From an uncultured Actinomycetota bacterium (GTDB lineage: Bacteria > Actinomycetota > Humimicrobiia > Humimicrobiales > Humimicrobiaceae): DNA of 64,000 nt. The notes beneath the pieces were generated by a model, which worked only from the letters and a program-made list of their open reading frames with translations, did not search any database and was not told where the DNA came from. The position numbers were made by a program, and so were the translations under genes. Shown here in pieces: positions 20,887-30,800 of this stretch (positions are counted from its first letter, which is position 1; every line of letters starts with the position of its first letter). The stretch is from contig CAZSXW010000002.1 of assembly GCA_964610385.1 (NCBI GenBank), positions 256,808 to 320,807 on the forward strand. Direction: 5' to 3'.

Positions 20887-22119
20887 TTACATAGCCTGAT
20901 ACATATTAAACATCGGCAGATACATAGATAGAATAATAAAACCTACAATACCTGCAACAAATAAAAGCATCAGTGGTTCAAGTATTGTTAAGAATATATC
21001 AATATTGTTTGAAACTTCCCTATCATAAAAATCCGATATCTTAGTGACTATCTCATCCAGCGTACCTGTCTTTTCTCCAATGGCCATCATCTGGACCATC
21101 ATGGCCGGGAATATATTCATTTTAGACATGGGGTCAGCAAGATTTTCACCTTCCCTTATGCCCTTTCTTATTTTATCAATTGCATTATCAACTATAATAT
21201 TACCAGCAACTCCCTTTGAGATCTCAAGCGCACTTAGTATTGGGACTCCGGTTGTGAGCAGCACGCCAAAATGCCTCGTAAATCTTGAAAGTGCCAGTTT
21301 TTTAAACATATCTCCAAATTTTGGAATATTTATTTTGATATTATCCATTATATATTTCCCCCGCGGGGATCTTACAACTCTTTTGAATAAATATCTTCCT
21401 CCAAATATCAACACTGCCAGTACTAAATAAAAATATATGTTTTTAAACATATCACCTATAAAAATCGTTATCCGGGTGATCAACGGCAGTTGCGCTCCAA
21501 GTTCTTCGTATATGCCTTTAAAAGTTGGAACCAAAAAGAATATTATTACAAAAGTTATTACTACCGCAAATCCAAGGACGAACTTAGGATAAGCAGTCTT
21601 GTTTCTTATTTTCAACTTTATTTCTTCTTCTTTTTCCAGAAAACCGGCTAGATCGTCCATTGTCTTGTCCAGAACACCTCCTGCTTCACCGGCACGAATA
21701 AGACTTACATAGATATCCGAAAAAACATTGGAATATTTTTCCATAGATTCCGAAAGAGAATGCCCGGACTCTACATCCATTCTTATCTCTGCTATTATAT
21801 TCGCGAATTTTGGATTGGAAGTTTGCTTTTCAAGTACAGTAAGAGATTCCAGTAAAGACATACCTGAAGATATCAGAGTAGAAAACTGCCTGGTAAATAC
21901 TACCATATCTCTTATTTTAATACGGTTGAAGAAGCTAAAGCCAATCGAGCCTTTCTTCGTCAGGGTCAATGTTTTTTTCTCTTTTAACTCATCAATATTT
22001 ACTATAAAATAATCCATTTCTTTTAATTTGGACACGACAATATCCTGTGTTTCAGCATCTATTGAACCTTTTATCATATCCCCGTTTAAATTTCTAACTG
22101 TATAATTAAAAGCAGTCAT
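20887..22119 (-). CDS. pilC: type IV pilus inner-membrane platform protein PilC (GspF family)
   Basis: 410 aa. Two GspF repeats, 3 TM segments. Confidence 0.85.
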   Translation of the reverse strand: MTAFNYTVRNLNGDMIKGSIDAETQDIVVSKLKEMDYFIVNIDELKEKKTLTLTKKGSIGFSFFNRIKIRDMVVFTRQFSTLISSGMSLLESLTVLEKQTSNPKFANIIAEIRMDVESGHSLSESMEKYSNVFSDIYVSLIRAGEAGGVLDKTMDDLAGFLEKEEEIKLKIRNKTAYPKFVLGFAVVITFVIIFFLVPTFKGIYEELGAQLPLITRITIFIGDMFKNIYFYLVLAVLIFGGRYLFKRVVRSPRGKYIMDNIKINIPKFGDMFKKLALSRFTRHFGVLLTTGVPILSALEISKGVAGNIIVDNAIDKIRKGIREGENLADPMSKMNIFPAMMVQMMAIGEKTGTLDEIVTKISDFYDREVSNNIDIFLTILEPLMLLFVAGIVGFIILSMYLPMFNMYQAM

Positions 22120-22154
22120 AATCTTTAAATCCTTATATATTTAATAAATAATAA

Positions 22155-23216
22155 TTATTCCTCTTGTATCATTCTTGCGACTTCATCTAAGCTGTGCGCT
22201 TTTTCCAGTACCAATTCTCTGGTAATTTTACCACTCTTATATAGATTTACTAGAGACATATCCATAGTCATCATTCCTTTTTTCCCGCTTGCCTGTATCG
22301 CTGAATAAATCTGGTGCACTTTCATCTCTCTAATCATATTTTTTATGGCAGTATTTACGAACATCAATTCAGTTGCAGGAACCCTTCCATCATTAGTCCT
22401 GTTAGTAATTAACTGCTGTACCAGTACTGCTTTTAAAGTCCCTGCCAGTTGATTTCTTATCTGTTTTTGCTGATGAGTAGGAAAAATATCGATAATCCTG
22501 TCTATAGTTTGTGGCGCATCCTGGGTATGAAGTGTTGAAAAAACCAGATGGCCGGTTTCAGCTGCAGTCAGCGTATTTGATATTGTCTCCAGGTCTCTCA
22601 TCTCTCCCACCATTATCACATCAGGATCCTCTCTTAGAATATATTTTAATGCAGCATGAAATGATTTTGTGTCGGTCAAGATTTCCCTCTGGCTTATGAT
22701 ACTTTTTTTATGTGTGAATAAATATTCTATGGGATCCTCTATGGTTATGATATTTTCCGATCGACTGGCATTTATCATATCTATTATAGCAGCCAGAGTG
22801 GTTGATTTTCCGCATCCCGTTGGTCCTGTCACGAGAACAAGGCCTCTTGGATAATGGGCAAACTCTTTGATCTGCTGCGGCAGGTTTAATTCCTCAATAG
22901 TCAGTATATTCCTTGAAATAAATCTAAAAGCGGCTGCAAGGCTACCCCTCTGATAATAATAACTGCATCTGAATCTTCCGTATCCTGGTAATGTATAAGA
23001 AAAATCGACTGCTAACTGCTTATCGAGTCTTTCCAATTGATCTTCATTTAATATCTTTAATAAAATCTTCTCTGATATATTTGGAGTAATCTCACCAAAT
23101 TCATCCAGTTTTAATAATTTTCCGTGGACCCTGACTATTGGCGGAAGGACACATACAATATGAACATCTGATGCATTTCTTTTTATACCTTCTTCTAAAA
23201 TATTGTTAATATCCAT
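22155..23216 (-). CDS. pilT: type IV pilus retraction ATPase PilT
   Basis: 353 aa. PilT-like N-terminus MDINNILEEGIKRNASDVHIV. Walker A GPTGCGKSTT. Length fits PilT, not PilB. Confidence 0.85.
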   Translation of the reverse strand: MDINNILEEGIKRNASDVHIVCVLPPIVRVHGKLLKLDEFGEITPNISEKILLKILNEDQLERLDKQLAVDFSYTLPGYGRFRCSYYYQRGSLAAAFRFISRNILTIEELNLPQQIKEFAHYPRGLVLVTGPTGCGKSTTLAAIIDMINASRSENIITIEDPIEYLFTHKKSIISQREILTDTKSFHAALKYILREDPDVIMVGEMRDLETISNTLTAAETGHLVFSTLHTQDAPQTIDRIIDIFPTHQQKQIRNQLAGTLKAVLVQQLITNRTNDGRVPATELMFVNTAIKNMIREMKVHQIYSAIQASGKKGMMTMDMSLVNLYKSGKITRELVLEKAHSLDEVARMIQEE

Positions 23217-23253
23217 TTAAATTTCCTTTTTAATAAATTTATTAATTTATTTT

Positions 23254-24114
23254 TTAAACTAAGTTATATATTTCTTTTATAACATTTATATTTGGCATTA
23301 TACCAAACCAGACCTTAAAAGAGAATATAGCCTGGTTTATTAGCATATCCATACCTGTTATGATCACGGATCCTTCCTTTTTTGCCTTCTTTATTAATCT
23401 TGTCTCTCTGGGATTATAGACCATATCGAAAACATATTTTTTTTTAAGGTTCCAATTCCCGGGTATTGGCATTAAATCTTTGTAAGATCCTATATCCATT
23501 CCAAGAGGGGTGCAATTTACAATTAAATTCACCTTATCTATAGCTTCATCGATATCACTTATATCTGATAGAATTTTTATCTCCTTGCCGCCTATACCTT
23601 TAAAATTTTTTATGATTCTTTTCACTTTTTCTTTAGTTCTGTTATATACATATATATCCTGGACCTTTTTTTTAATGATTCCGTATATAGAACTCTTTGC
23701 CGAACCGCCTGCTCCTATTACCAGACACCTGCTTCCGGACCAAGGGAACTTTTTATCCTCTAATGATTTTATAAAACCTTCTACATCAGTGTTAAAACCA
23801 ATAGAAATCCCGTCTTTTTTATCGAATTTCACTGTATTCACGGACTTGATTATATCTGACGCCCTGTCTGTTTTATCAACCAGTCTAAAGACTTCTTCTT
23901 TATAAGGCATTGTTACATTTAATCCGATAAACCCAAGCTTCTTTACTCCATTAAAAGCTTCTTTGAGGTTTTCCTGAGGAAATTCAAATGCTACATAAAT
24001 AGAGTCTTTCTTATACTTTTTTATGAGATAATTTTGTATTTTAGGAGAAAGGCTGTGCTTTACCGGATTTCCGATCAGGGCTATTACCTTTGTATTGGGA
24101 TTAATCATATCCAC
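23254..24114 (-). CDS. aroE: shikimate dehydrogenase
   Basis: 286 aa. N-terminal IALIGNPVKHSLSP and NVTMPYK motifs. GAGGSAKS NADP-binding loop. Confidence 0.85.
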   Translation of the reverse strand: MDMINPNTKVIALIGNPVKHSLSPKIQNYLIKKYKKDSIYVAFEFPQENLKEAFNGVKKLGFIGLNVTMPYKEEVFRLVDKTDRASDIIKSVNTVKFDKKDGISIGFNTDVEGFIKSLEDKKFPWSGSRCLVIGAGGSAKSSIYGIIKKKVQDIYVYNRTKEKVKRIIKNFKGIGGKEIKILSDISDIDEAIDKVNLIVNCTPLGMDIGSYKDLMPIPGNWNLKKKYVFDMVYNPRETRLIKKAKKEGSVIITGMDMLINQAIFSFKVWFGIMPNINVIKEIYNLV

Positions 24115-24134
24115 ACTTATTACTATTATTGTTA

Positions 24135-24419
24135 CTAATATTTTATTTCGAATATATTATATTTCTTACCATCTTTTATTTCTTCTATCTTTACATCGCT
24201 TACCATAGAGAAAGTTGGACCTTTCCTTATTTCCTCTATAAACTGTTCAACATCCTCCTCTTCTCCCTGGCAAATAACCTCTACTTTATTGTTATAAGTA
24301 TTTTTTACATAACCGCAAATATTATATTTACCTGCAATCGATTCCACAAAGTAACGAAAACCTACACCCTGTACCCTGCCAGAAAGTAACACTCCATAAG
24401 TTTTAATATTTGAAATCAT
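24135..24419 (-). CDS. acyP: acylphosphatase
   Basis: 94 aa. VQGVGFRYF and GYVKN motifs. Confidence 0.85.
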   Translation of the reverse strand: MISNIKTYGVLLSGRVQGVGFRYFVESIAGKYNICGYVKNTYNNKVEVICQGEEEDVEQFIEEIRKGPTFSMVSDVKIEEIKDGKKYNIFEIKY

Positions 24420-24512
24420 ATATTTATTAAATTAATTATTATAATTATACTAAAAAATATTTATATTTACAATTTTTTAAATCATTATAACTTTTATTAT
24501 ATTTAATAAAAG

Positions 24513-25742
24513 TTATTTTTTAATCCTAAAAATTGAAAAGGGATCCACCCTACCCAGGTCATATAAGACTACTGTGTCATTAGGGTTCGCACAGACCATT
24601 TCTGTATTATTAGCAACTGATATTATCTTCTTTATCCTAAATTTTTTTGGATATTTTTTAGGCTGTAATATATCTATGACCTCACCGGTCTTAAATTGGT
24701 TTTTAACGCTTATCACCGGCCCTTTATACTTGTCGCTATAACTGTGACAGGTCCCTATAAAATCATACTTCTTTATATAACCTACATTATTATTTTCCTC
24801 AAGTTCTTTTCTGTTCTTCAGAAACATAAAACCAGTAGTAAAATTTCTATGTGAACACTTGTCCAGTTCACCTGTAAGGTAAGATATATTTTCTTTATTG
24901 AATTTACCCTGCCTGATATAGTCCAGAGCTTTTCTATACACCCAGGTGGTAAGACTTACATAATTTTCGGTCTTCATCCTTCCTTCTATCTTAACAGCAC
25001 TTACACCAGCATCTACAAGCTTATCCAACCGTGGTAATAGGCACAGATCCCTTGAGTTGTATATATAAGTTCCTCTACCGTCCTGTTCGACAGGGAAAAA
25101 CAGATTTTGCCTTTCTTCTTCCATCAGATAATATTTCCATCTGCAGCTGTGGGCGCATTTTCCCTTATTGGCATCTCTTCCCGTCATATATTTGCTGAGC
25201 ATGCATCTTCCTGAATAGGATATGCATAAAGCTCCGTGTACAAACACTTCTATCTCGATATCTGTATTCTTAATAATGTCTTTAAGGTCTGAAAAGTTTA
25301 TCTCCCTGGCCAGATTTACCCTTGATGCACGTGATTTCTTAAAAAATTTTACTGCCAGATGATTGTTTACATTGGTCTGGGTGCTTATATGTATCCTACT
25401 GAACGGTAAAATCTCTTTTACCATCTCCAGCGCTGCAAAATCTGATACTATTACACCGTCTATCTTTATGTCTTTTAATTTACTCAAGTACTTCCTGAAT
25501 CTTATTAGCTCGGATTCAAAAATCACTGAATTTAAAGTAAGATAAATCTTTACCCCCCGCTTGTGCGCATACTCGACTCCTTCTCTTAACTCGCCGATAT
25601 TAAAATTTCCCCTGATACTGCGTAAGTTAAATTCCTTCCCTCCTATATAAACGGCATCTGCACCGTAACTGACTGCATATTTTAATATATCTAGATTATT
25701 TGCCGGAACCAGGAGTTCCGGAAGTTTTATAGTTTTTTTCAT
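24513..25742 (-). CDS. peptidase U32 family protein (TrhP/YrrN-YrrO-like, tRNA U34 hydroxylation-associated)
   Basis: 409 aa. U32 N-terminal TIM-barrel signature (ELLVPANNLDILKYAVSYGADAVYIGG). Conserved Cys residues. Synteny with B. subtilis yrrO next to yrrM/yrrL/yrrK/alaS. Confidence 0.8.
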   Translation of the reverse strand: MKKTIKLPELLVPANNLDILKYAVSYGADAVYIGGKEFNLRSIRGNFNIGELREGVEYAHKRGVKIYLTLNSVIFESELIRFRKYLSKLKDIKIDGVIVSDFAALEMVKEILPFSRIHISTQTNVNNHLAVKFFKKSRASRVNLAREINFSDLKDIIKNTDIEIEVFVHGALCISYSGRCMLSKYMTGRDANKGKCAHSCRWKYYLMEEERQNLFFPVEQDGRGTYIYNSRDLCLLPRLDKLVDAGVSAVKIEGRMKTENYVSLTTWVYRKALDYIRQGKFNKENISYLTGELDKCSHRNFTTGFMFLKNRKELEENNNVGYIKKYDFIGTCHSYSDKYKGPVISVKNQFKTGEVIDILQPKKYPKKFRIKKIISVANNTEMVCANPNDTVVLYDLGRVDPFSIFRIKK

Positions 25743-25757
25743 AAAATGATAAGTCTA

Positions 25758-26411
25758 TTATTTTATAAATTTTGTCAGCGATAAACCGTCACTTATATCA
25801 AAGAAATAATTTTCAAATCTGGAAGAGGTTTTTATATAAATTATATATTCTCTGATGCCGTTCACACTGTTTAGGTCGTGCTTTCCGATTTTATCCTTAA
25901 ATATTTTGTATCCGTAAAAAATATTATCTGCTACTATCAGAGCTCCCGGCCTAAGCTTGTTCTCCAATACCTTGATGTACTGCGGATATTCAAATTTGGC
26001 CCCGTCAATAAATACCAGATCAAACCTATCTTTAAGCTCCGGTATTATCTTTAATGCGTTACCGGATAAAAAATTTGCTTCTTTTTCGGGAAATAAACTG
26101 CTGATAAATTCCTCCGCCTTTCTGACCCTCTCCCGGTTTAAGTCTATACCTGTATAACGTCCCCTTCTCAGGTTTTTAATCAAAAAGTAAGATGAAAACC
26201 CGGTACCGCACCCTATTTCGAGTATATTGCCCTGATCCTTAAGAATACATATAAGTTCCAGGAACCTTCCTGCAGATATGTCTATTATAGGGATTTTTTT
26301 AAGCGCCGCCTCTTTCCTCATTGCGGACAGCAGTTTTCTTTCTCTTTTTAAATCCTTGATTACTGAATTGCTATTTGACCTCTGCATTAATAAATTCCTG
26401 ATAATCTTCAA
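25758..26411 (-). CDS. class I SAM-dependent O-methyltransferase (TrmR/YrrM-like)
   Basis: 217 aa, same length class as B. subtilis YrrM. Motif I LEIGCGTGFSS. Sits between the U32 peptidase and mltG as in Bacillus. Confidence 0.7.
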   Translation of the reverse strand: MKIIRNLLMQRSNSNSVIKDLKRERKLLSAMRKEAALKKIPIIDISAGRFLELICILKDQGNILEIGCGTGFSSYFLIKNLRRGRYTGIDLNRERVRKAEEFISSLFPEKEANFLSGNALKIIPELKDRFDLVFIDGAKFEYPQYIKVLENKLRPGALIVADNIFYGYKIFKDKIGKHDLNSVNGIREYIIYIKTSSRFENYFFDISDGLSLTKFIK

Positions 26412-27399
26412 AGAATGAATGGATATGATTTTCGGTATCAGTTACTTTAAAATATAAATAATCGACATCTGCGGGATCCAGAGCAGCTTCCATACACTCC
26501 AGCCCCGGATTGCAGATAGGAGTAGGTGGTAATCCAGCATAAAGTCTGGTATTGTATTCAGTATCAGTTTGAAGGTCACTTTCTGTCAGGCTTTCATCCT
26601 CACCCCATTTATCCAGAAAGTAGCTTAAAGTAGCATCTATATCCAATTTCATATCTATATCCATTCTGTTGTGAATGACTGCAGATATTAAAACCCTTTC
26701 CTCTGGAATATATGCCTCTCTTTCAATCATGGATGCGATTATCAGTATGTCATAAGGTGACAGTTCTTTACTTTCCGCAAAGGTGTAATCCAGACTTCCG
26801 GTTTCATATTGATACTGTGCAAGCATCATATTGATTATATCTACAGCATTATAATCTACAGTTATCTCGTAAGTCTTAGGGAACAAAAATCCTTCCAGGC
26901 GGGAAGCCTCCGATAAAAAATCGTAATCATAGCCGTTTATATCCATGGCCATCTTCATTTCTTCATAATCCACAAAGGGCACCTCTTCCGATACCCTTGC
27001 AGCTATCTGTTCTGCTATGTAACCTTCTGGTATTGTGAACTCATATGTTATTATAGGGGGACCTGTTGTTATTTCATTTAATACGACTTCATAATCCGAA
27101 CCTGTTTTTAAGGCATATATGCCCGGTATAAGACTTCCTTCCTTTCCTCTCTGCTCCACAAACAACCTGAAAAGAAATGCATTATCTATTATGCCTTTTT
27201 CTTCAAGAAGTGATGCAATCTCTTTCAATACCATCCCTTCTTTTATCTCAAGTTCAACCTCCGTTCCTTCGGGTACTGTACTGCTTTCACCGCTCCCTAA
27301 AAGTTCACATGAAATAAGACTTAAAAAAAGCACCGGTATTAATACCAGTACAGCTATTAAAGTACTTATCCCATTTATCTTATTATCTGGTATTTTCAA
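26371..27399 (-). CDS. mltG: endolytic murein transglycosylase MltG (YceG-like)
   Basis: 342 aa. N-terminal TM anchor. YceG-like domain. Conserved position next to ruvX. Confidence 0.8.
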   Translation of the reverse strand: MKIPDNKINGISTLIAVLVLIPVLFLSLISCELLGSGESSTVPEGTEVELEIKEGMVLKEIASLLEEKGIIDNAFLFRLFVEQRGKEGSLIPGIYALKTGSDYEVVLNEITTGPPIITYEFTIPEGYIAEQIAARVSEEVPFVDYEEMKMAMDINGYDYDFLSEASRLEGFLFPKTYEITVDYNAVDIINMMLAQYQYETGSLDYTFAESKELSPYDILIIASMIEREAYIPEERVLISAVIHNRMDIDMKLDIDATLSYFLDKWGEDESLTESDLQTDTEYNTRLYAGLPPTPICNPGLECMEAALDPADVDYLYFKVTDTENHIHSFFEDYQEFINAEVK

Positions 27400-27805
27400 T
27401 TTTATTTTTTCTCCTCCTCAAATAGTCACCTAGAATTATTGCTGCAGAAAATTTATCAACATCACCTGCGGCTTTACTTTTTTTGACATTCTTTCCCAGA
27501 AGTTTTATAGGAATCTTGGTTGTATATCTTTCATCTATATAATCTATATCTATTTCTATGTACTTCTTAAGCTTATTTGTAAAACCTATCACCTTTTCCG
27601 CCTGGCTTCCTATCTTACCCTTTAAGGTATAGGGCAGACCCACAACAATATTTTTTATTTGGTATTTAACTATCAAATCCTTTATTCTGCCTATTGCATT
27701 CTCATCATTCTTATACACTTTAAGAGGCACGGATGTTATCTCAAGTTCGTCCGAAACTGCTACTCCTATCCTCTTTTCTCCTATATCCAGTCCCATTATC
27801 CTCAT
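27383..27805 (-). CDS. ruvX: Holliday junction resolvase-like / pre-16S rRNA nuclease RuvX (YqgF)
   Basis: 140 aa. MRIMGLDIGEKRIGVAVSD N-terminus. Confidence 0.85.
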   Translation of the reverse strand: MRIMGLDIGEKRIGVAVSDELEITSVPLKVYKNDENAIGRIKDLIVKYQIKNIVVGLPYTLKGKIGSQAEKVIGFTNKLKKYIEIDIDYIDERYTTKIPIKLLGKNVKKSKAAGDVDKFSAAIILGDYLRRRKNKIENTR

Positions 27806-30525
27806 TTTGTTTTCTTTAATATATCCAAAACTCTACTTTTTACAAATTCAACTGTACTACTCAATGAAGAAGAATCAGAACCACCCAGCTGTGCATAGCC
27901 GGGTTTACCTCCTCCACCGCCTTTTATTTTTTCACCGGCCTCACCTGCCATTCTGCTGCAGTCAATACCTTTTTTTATCAGGTCATCAGTTGCCTGCAGG
28001 ACCATAACCGGTTTATTATTGACGATATTGGCAAAAATAATAAAGGTGCTCTTATCCTTAAAAAATCTTTTTAGCTGATCTCCTGCATGTCCCATACTCT
28101 CGATATCCATATTTGAAACTGCCCTGGATTTTGAAAAATCAAAATCGATTATCTTCAATCCCTTGCTGCCGGGACCATATTTAAATTTATCTGCTATTTC
28201 CTTTATTACTACCTTCATCTTCAGTGATGCCAGCTCTTCTTCTTTTTCCTGCATTTCTCTTTTTATTCTATCAATGGCACCTGCCACCCTGCTTTCATCC
28301 ACATCCAGCTTTGAAGATACCTGACTTAGAGCTGCTTCCTTTTCCTGTAAATATTTATAGGCATACATTCCGGTCACTCCTTCTATTCTTCTTAAATTAG
28401 CTCCTACACCTGTATCTGTCATGATTTTAAAAATACCTATATCTCCTGTCCTTTTTACATGAATACCCCCGCATAACTCCCTGCTGTAGTTGTCTATTTC
28501 AACCACTCTTACGAACTTCCCATATTTCTCATCAAACAATGATATGGCTCCTATCTCCTCCGCAAATTCCCTTGTGGTCTCGAAACATCTAACCGTATCA
28601 TTGTTTTGTATCTTCTCATTTATCATCCGTTCTACCTTTTCCAGTTCCTTCCTTCCCGGAAGACTGTAAATAGAATAATCGAATCTGAATTTATCCTCGT
28701 CCACGAATGAACCTGACTGCCTTACCTCCTTACCAAATATGTTCCTAAGAGCCCAGTGAAGAAGGTGCGTGGCGGTATGATTCCTGCTGATATTTTTCCT
28801 GCGTCTGTGATCTACTACTGCACTTACCCTATCACCTTTTTTGAATCTACCTCTTTTTAAAATCCCTTTATGGATATAAATGCCTTCAACCGGGATCAGA
28901 CATCCTTCCACCTCAAATAAAGCAGAACCCTTTTTTATTATGCCCTTATCTCCTATCTGTCCGCCCTTCTCGCCGTAGAATGGAGTCTTTCTTAATATTA
29001 TTTCACCTTTTTCCCCCTTCGTTAAAAGCGGGGATATCTTCTTGTTTCCGTTTTTATCTGTTATTACAATATTTTCTATTACAGATTCCGTTGAAGCGAC
29101 CTGATAACCAATAAATTCAACTTCCAGCTCTTTGCCCATCTTCTTGTACAGGGCAAGATTTTTATCAATTCTCTTATCGAATGATTTTTTGTTTTTTGAT
29201 TTTTCCTGATGTTTTTTTAAATGCAGATCAAACTTTTTTTTATCCAGCTTTAGGTCGTTTTCTTTTAATATCTCTTTGGTAAGTTCTACAGGAAAACCAT
29301 AAGTATCATACAGTTTAAATGCATCTGTGGAATCCAGATACATTCCTTTCCCCTTTTTTATCTCTTTGATCTTCTGAAACAAGACCTTACTTCCTTCCTT
29401 TAATGTTTCTGTAAATCTCTTCTCTTCATCATCGACAAGTTTAAAAGAAAAATCTTTCTTCTCCCTTATTTCAGGATATATATCTGCATACTCTTTTACC
29501 ACGACTTCACCTATCTTGTTTAAAAAGTATTCCTTTATTCCCAGCTGCCTTCCGAATCTTACCGCCCTTCTTATTATTCTTCTCAAAATATATCCCCGTC
29601 CTTCGTTCGAAGGTGAAACACCATCAGATATCAGGAAATATATTGCTCTCGAATGGTCGGTTATTACTCTTACCGCTTTTTCAAAATCGCTGTCACTCTT
29701 ACCGCTCTGACCTTTATTGCCTCCGGATGTGCCTTTTGAAATCTCCAAAACTCTTTTTACTATCTTTTTAAACAGAACTGTTTTAAAAATGGAAGGTTCT
29801 CCCTCCATCACTGCTTCCATCCTCTCCAGCCCCATACCGGTATCTATGCTCTTCTTGGGAAGTACACTATACCTTTTACCATTAAAATCATACTCGGTAA
29901 AAACAAGATTCCATATCTCTATAAACCTCCCACAATCGCAGTTTGGGCCGCATGTCTTCCTGCCGCAGCCGTATTCCTTCCCAAAATCATAATGTATTTC
30001 ACTGCATGGACCACAGGGCCCCGTTTCTCCCGCAGGTCCCCAGAAATTTTCTTCTTTTCCGAATTTATATATCCTGTCTTCCGATATACCGCTTTCCTTC
30101 CAGTATTTTACTGCTTCCGTATCTACCGGTATACTACCATCACCTTTAAATACTGTAATAAAAATTTTATCCATAGGTATTTTCATGATTCTAATTATAA
30201 AATCCAGGGCATATTTTATTGCTTCCTTCTTAAAATAGTCTCCAAATGAAAAATTTCCCAGCATTTCAAAAAAGGTGCAGTGCCTGTTGGTATAGCCCAC
30301 GCTGTCTATATCGCTGGTCCTGAAGCATTTCTGAACTGTAGCTATCCTGCTGGCAGGCGGCTTTTTTATACCCAGAAAGAACGGCTTAAACTGCTGCATT
30401 CCTGCCGTGGTCAGAAGCACACTTGAATCGTTTTCCGGTATAAGCCCTGAAGAAGGCAGAATTAGATGATCTTTCATTTTAAAGTATTTCAAAAATTTAT
30501 TTCTGATATCCATATTGAAAATCAA
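27802..30525 (-). CDS. alaS: alanine--tRNA ligase
   Basis: 907 aa. Class II motifs. Zn-binding editing motif HTATHLLH. C-terminal DHHA1 domain. The true start may be the second Met (30513). Confidence 0.95.
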   Translation of the reverse strand: MIFNMDIRNKFLKYFKMKDHLILPSSGLIPENDSSVLLTTAGMQQFKPFFLGIKKPPASRIATVQKCFRTSDIDSVGYTNRHCTFFEMLGNFSFGDYFKKEAIKYALDFIIRIMKIPMDKIFITVFKGDGSIPVDTEAVKYWKESGISEDRIYKFGKEENFWGPAGETGPCGPCSEIHYDFGKEYGCGRKTCGPNCDCGRFIEIWNLVFTEYDFNGKRYSVLPKKSIDTGMGLERMEAVMEGEPSIFKTVLFKKIVKRVLEISKGTSGGNKGQSGKSDSDFEKAVRVITDHSRAIYFLISDGVSPSNEGRGYILRRIIRRAVRFGRQLGIKEYFLNKIGEVVVKEYADIYPEIREKKDFSFKLVDDEEKRFTETLKEGSKVLFQKIKEIKKGKGMYLDSTDAFKLYDTYGFPVELTKEILKENDLKLDKKKFDLHLKKHQEKSKNKKSFDKRIDKNLALYKKMGKELEVEFIGYQVASTESVIENIVITDKNGNKKISPLLTKGEKGEIILRKTPFYGEKGGQIGDKGIIKKGSALFEVEGCLIPVEGIYIHKGILKRGRFKKGDRVSAVVDHRRRKNISRNHTATHLLHWALRNIFGKEVRQSGSFVDEDKFRFDYSIYSLPGRKELEKVERMINEKIQNNDTVRCFETTREFAEEIGAISLFDEKYGKFVRVVEIDNYSRELCGGIHVKRTGDIGIFKIMTDTGVGANLRRIEGVTGMYAYKYLQEKEAALSQVSSKLDVDESRVAGAIDRIKREMQEKEEELASLKMKVVIKEIADKFKYGPGSKGLKIIDFDFSKSRAVSNMDIESMGHAGDQLKRFFKDKSTFIIFANIVNNKPVMVLQATDDLIKKGIDCSRMAGEAGEKIKGGGGGKPGYAQLGGSDSSSLSSTVEFVKSRVLDILKKTK

Positions 30526-30800
30526 ATTCCATTCAATAATAAAACGGATACCCCATTTGTTCGTAACTGTAGGAAGTTTTTTTGCGCCCTGCGCTCAGTA
30601 GGTGGATGCCCTCCTGTCTGCTTTATAAGTCCCATACTACAATGGGCTTTTATGCTGCAGTCAAAGTTTGAGCTTCCAATGTAAATTTGTTGGCACAAAA
30701 ATTTAACTTTGGTTACGATATAAACAGAGTATCCGGGTTGATGTTATCATAATTAAATAGTTAATTCAATTAAACCAAGATTACCCGGAACGCTGTATCA
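30526..30800 (-). other. 275-bp intergenic region upstream of alaS with GC-rich patches (candidate structured 5' leader; no T-box consensus found)
   Basis: Locally GC-rich segments (gcgccctgcgc, ggtggatgccctcc, tccgggttg) in an otherwise AT-rich genome. No ORF. Confidence 0.25.

Noticed and set aside
24487-24516. 30-bp near-perfect AT-only palindrome overlapping the U32 peptidase stop codon, considered as a terminator
   Set aside because: Stem is entirely A/T (low stability) and is not followed by a T-run on the transcribed (minus) strand. Probably incidental.
30526-30800. T-box riboswitch upstream of alaS
   Set aside because: Searched both strands for the T-box consensus (AANNNGGGTGGNACCGCG) and an adjacent terminator/antiterminator pair. 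Not found. Region kept only as a generic candidate leader.
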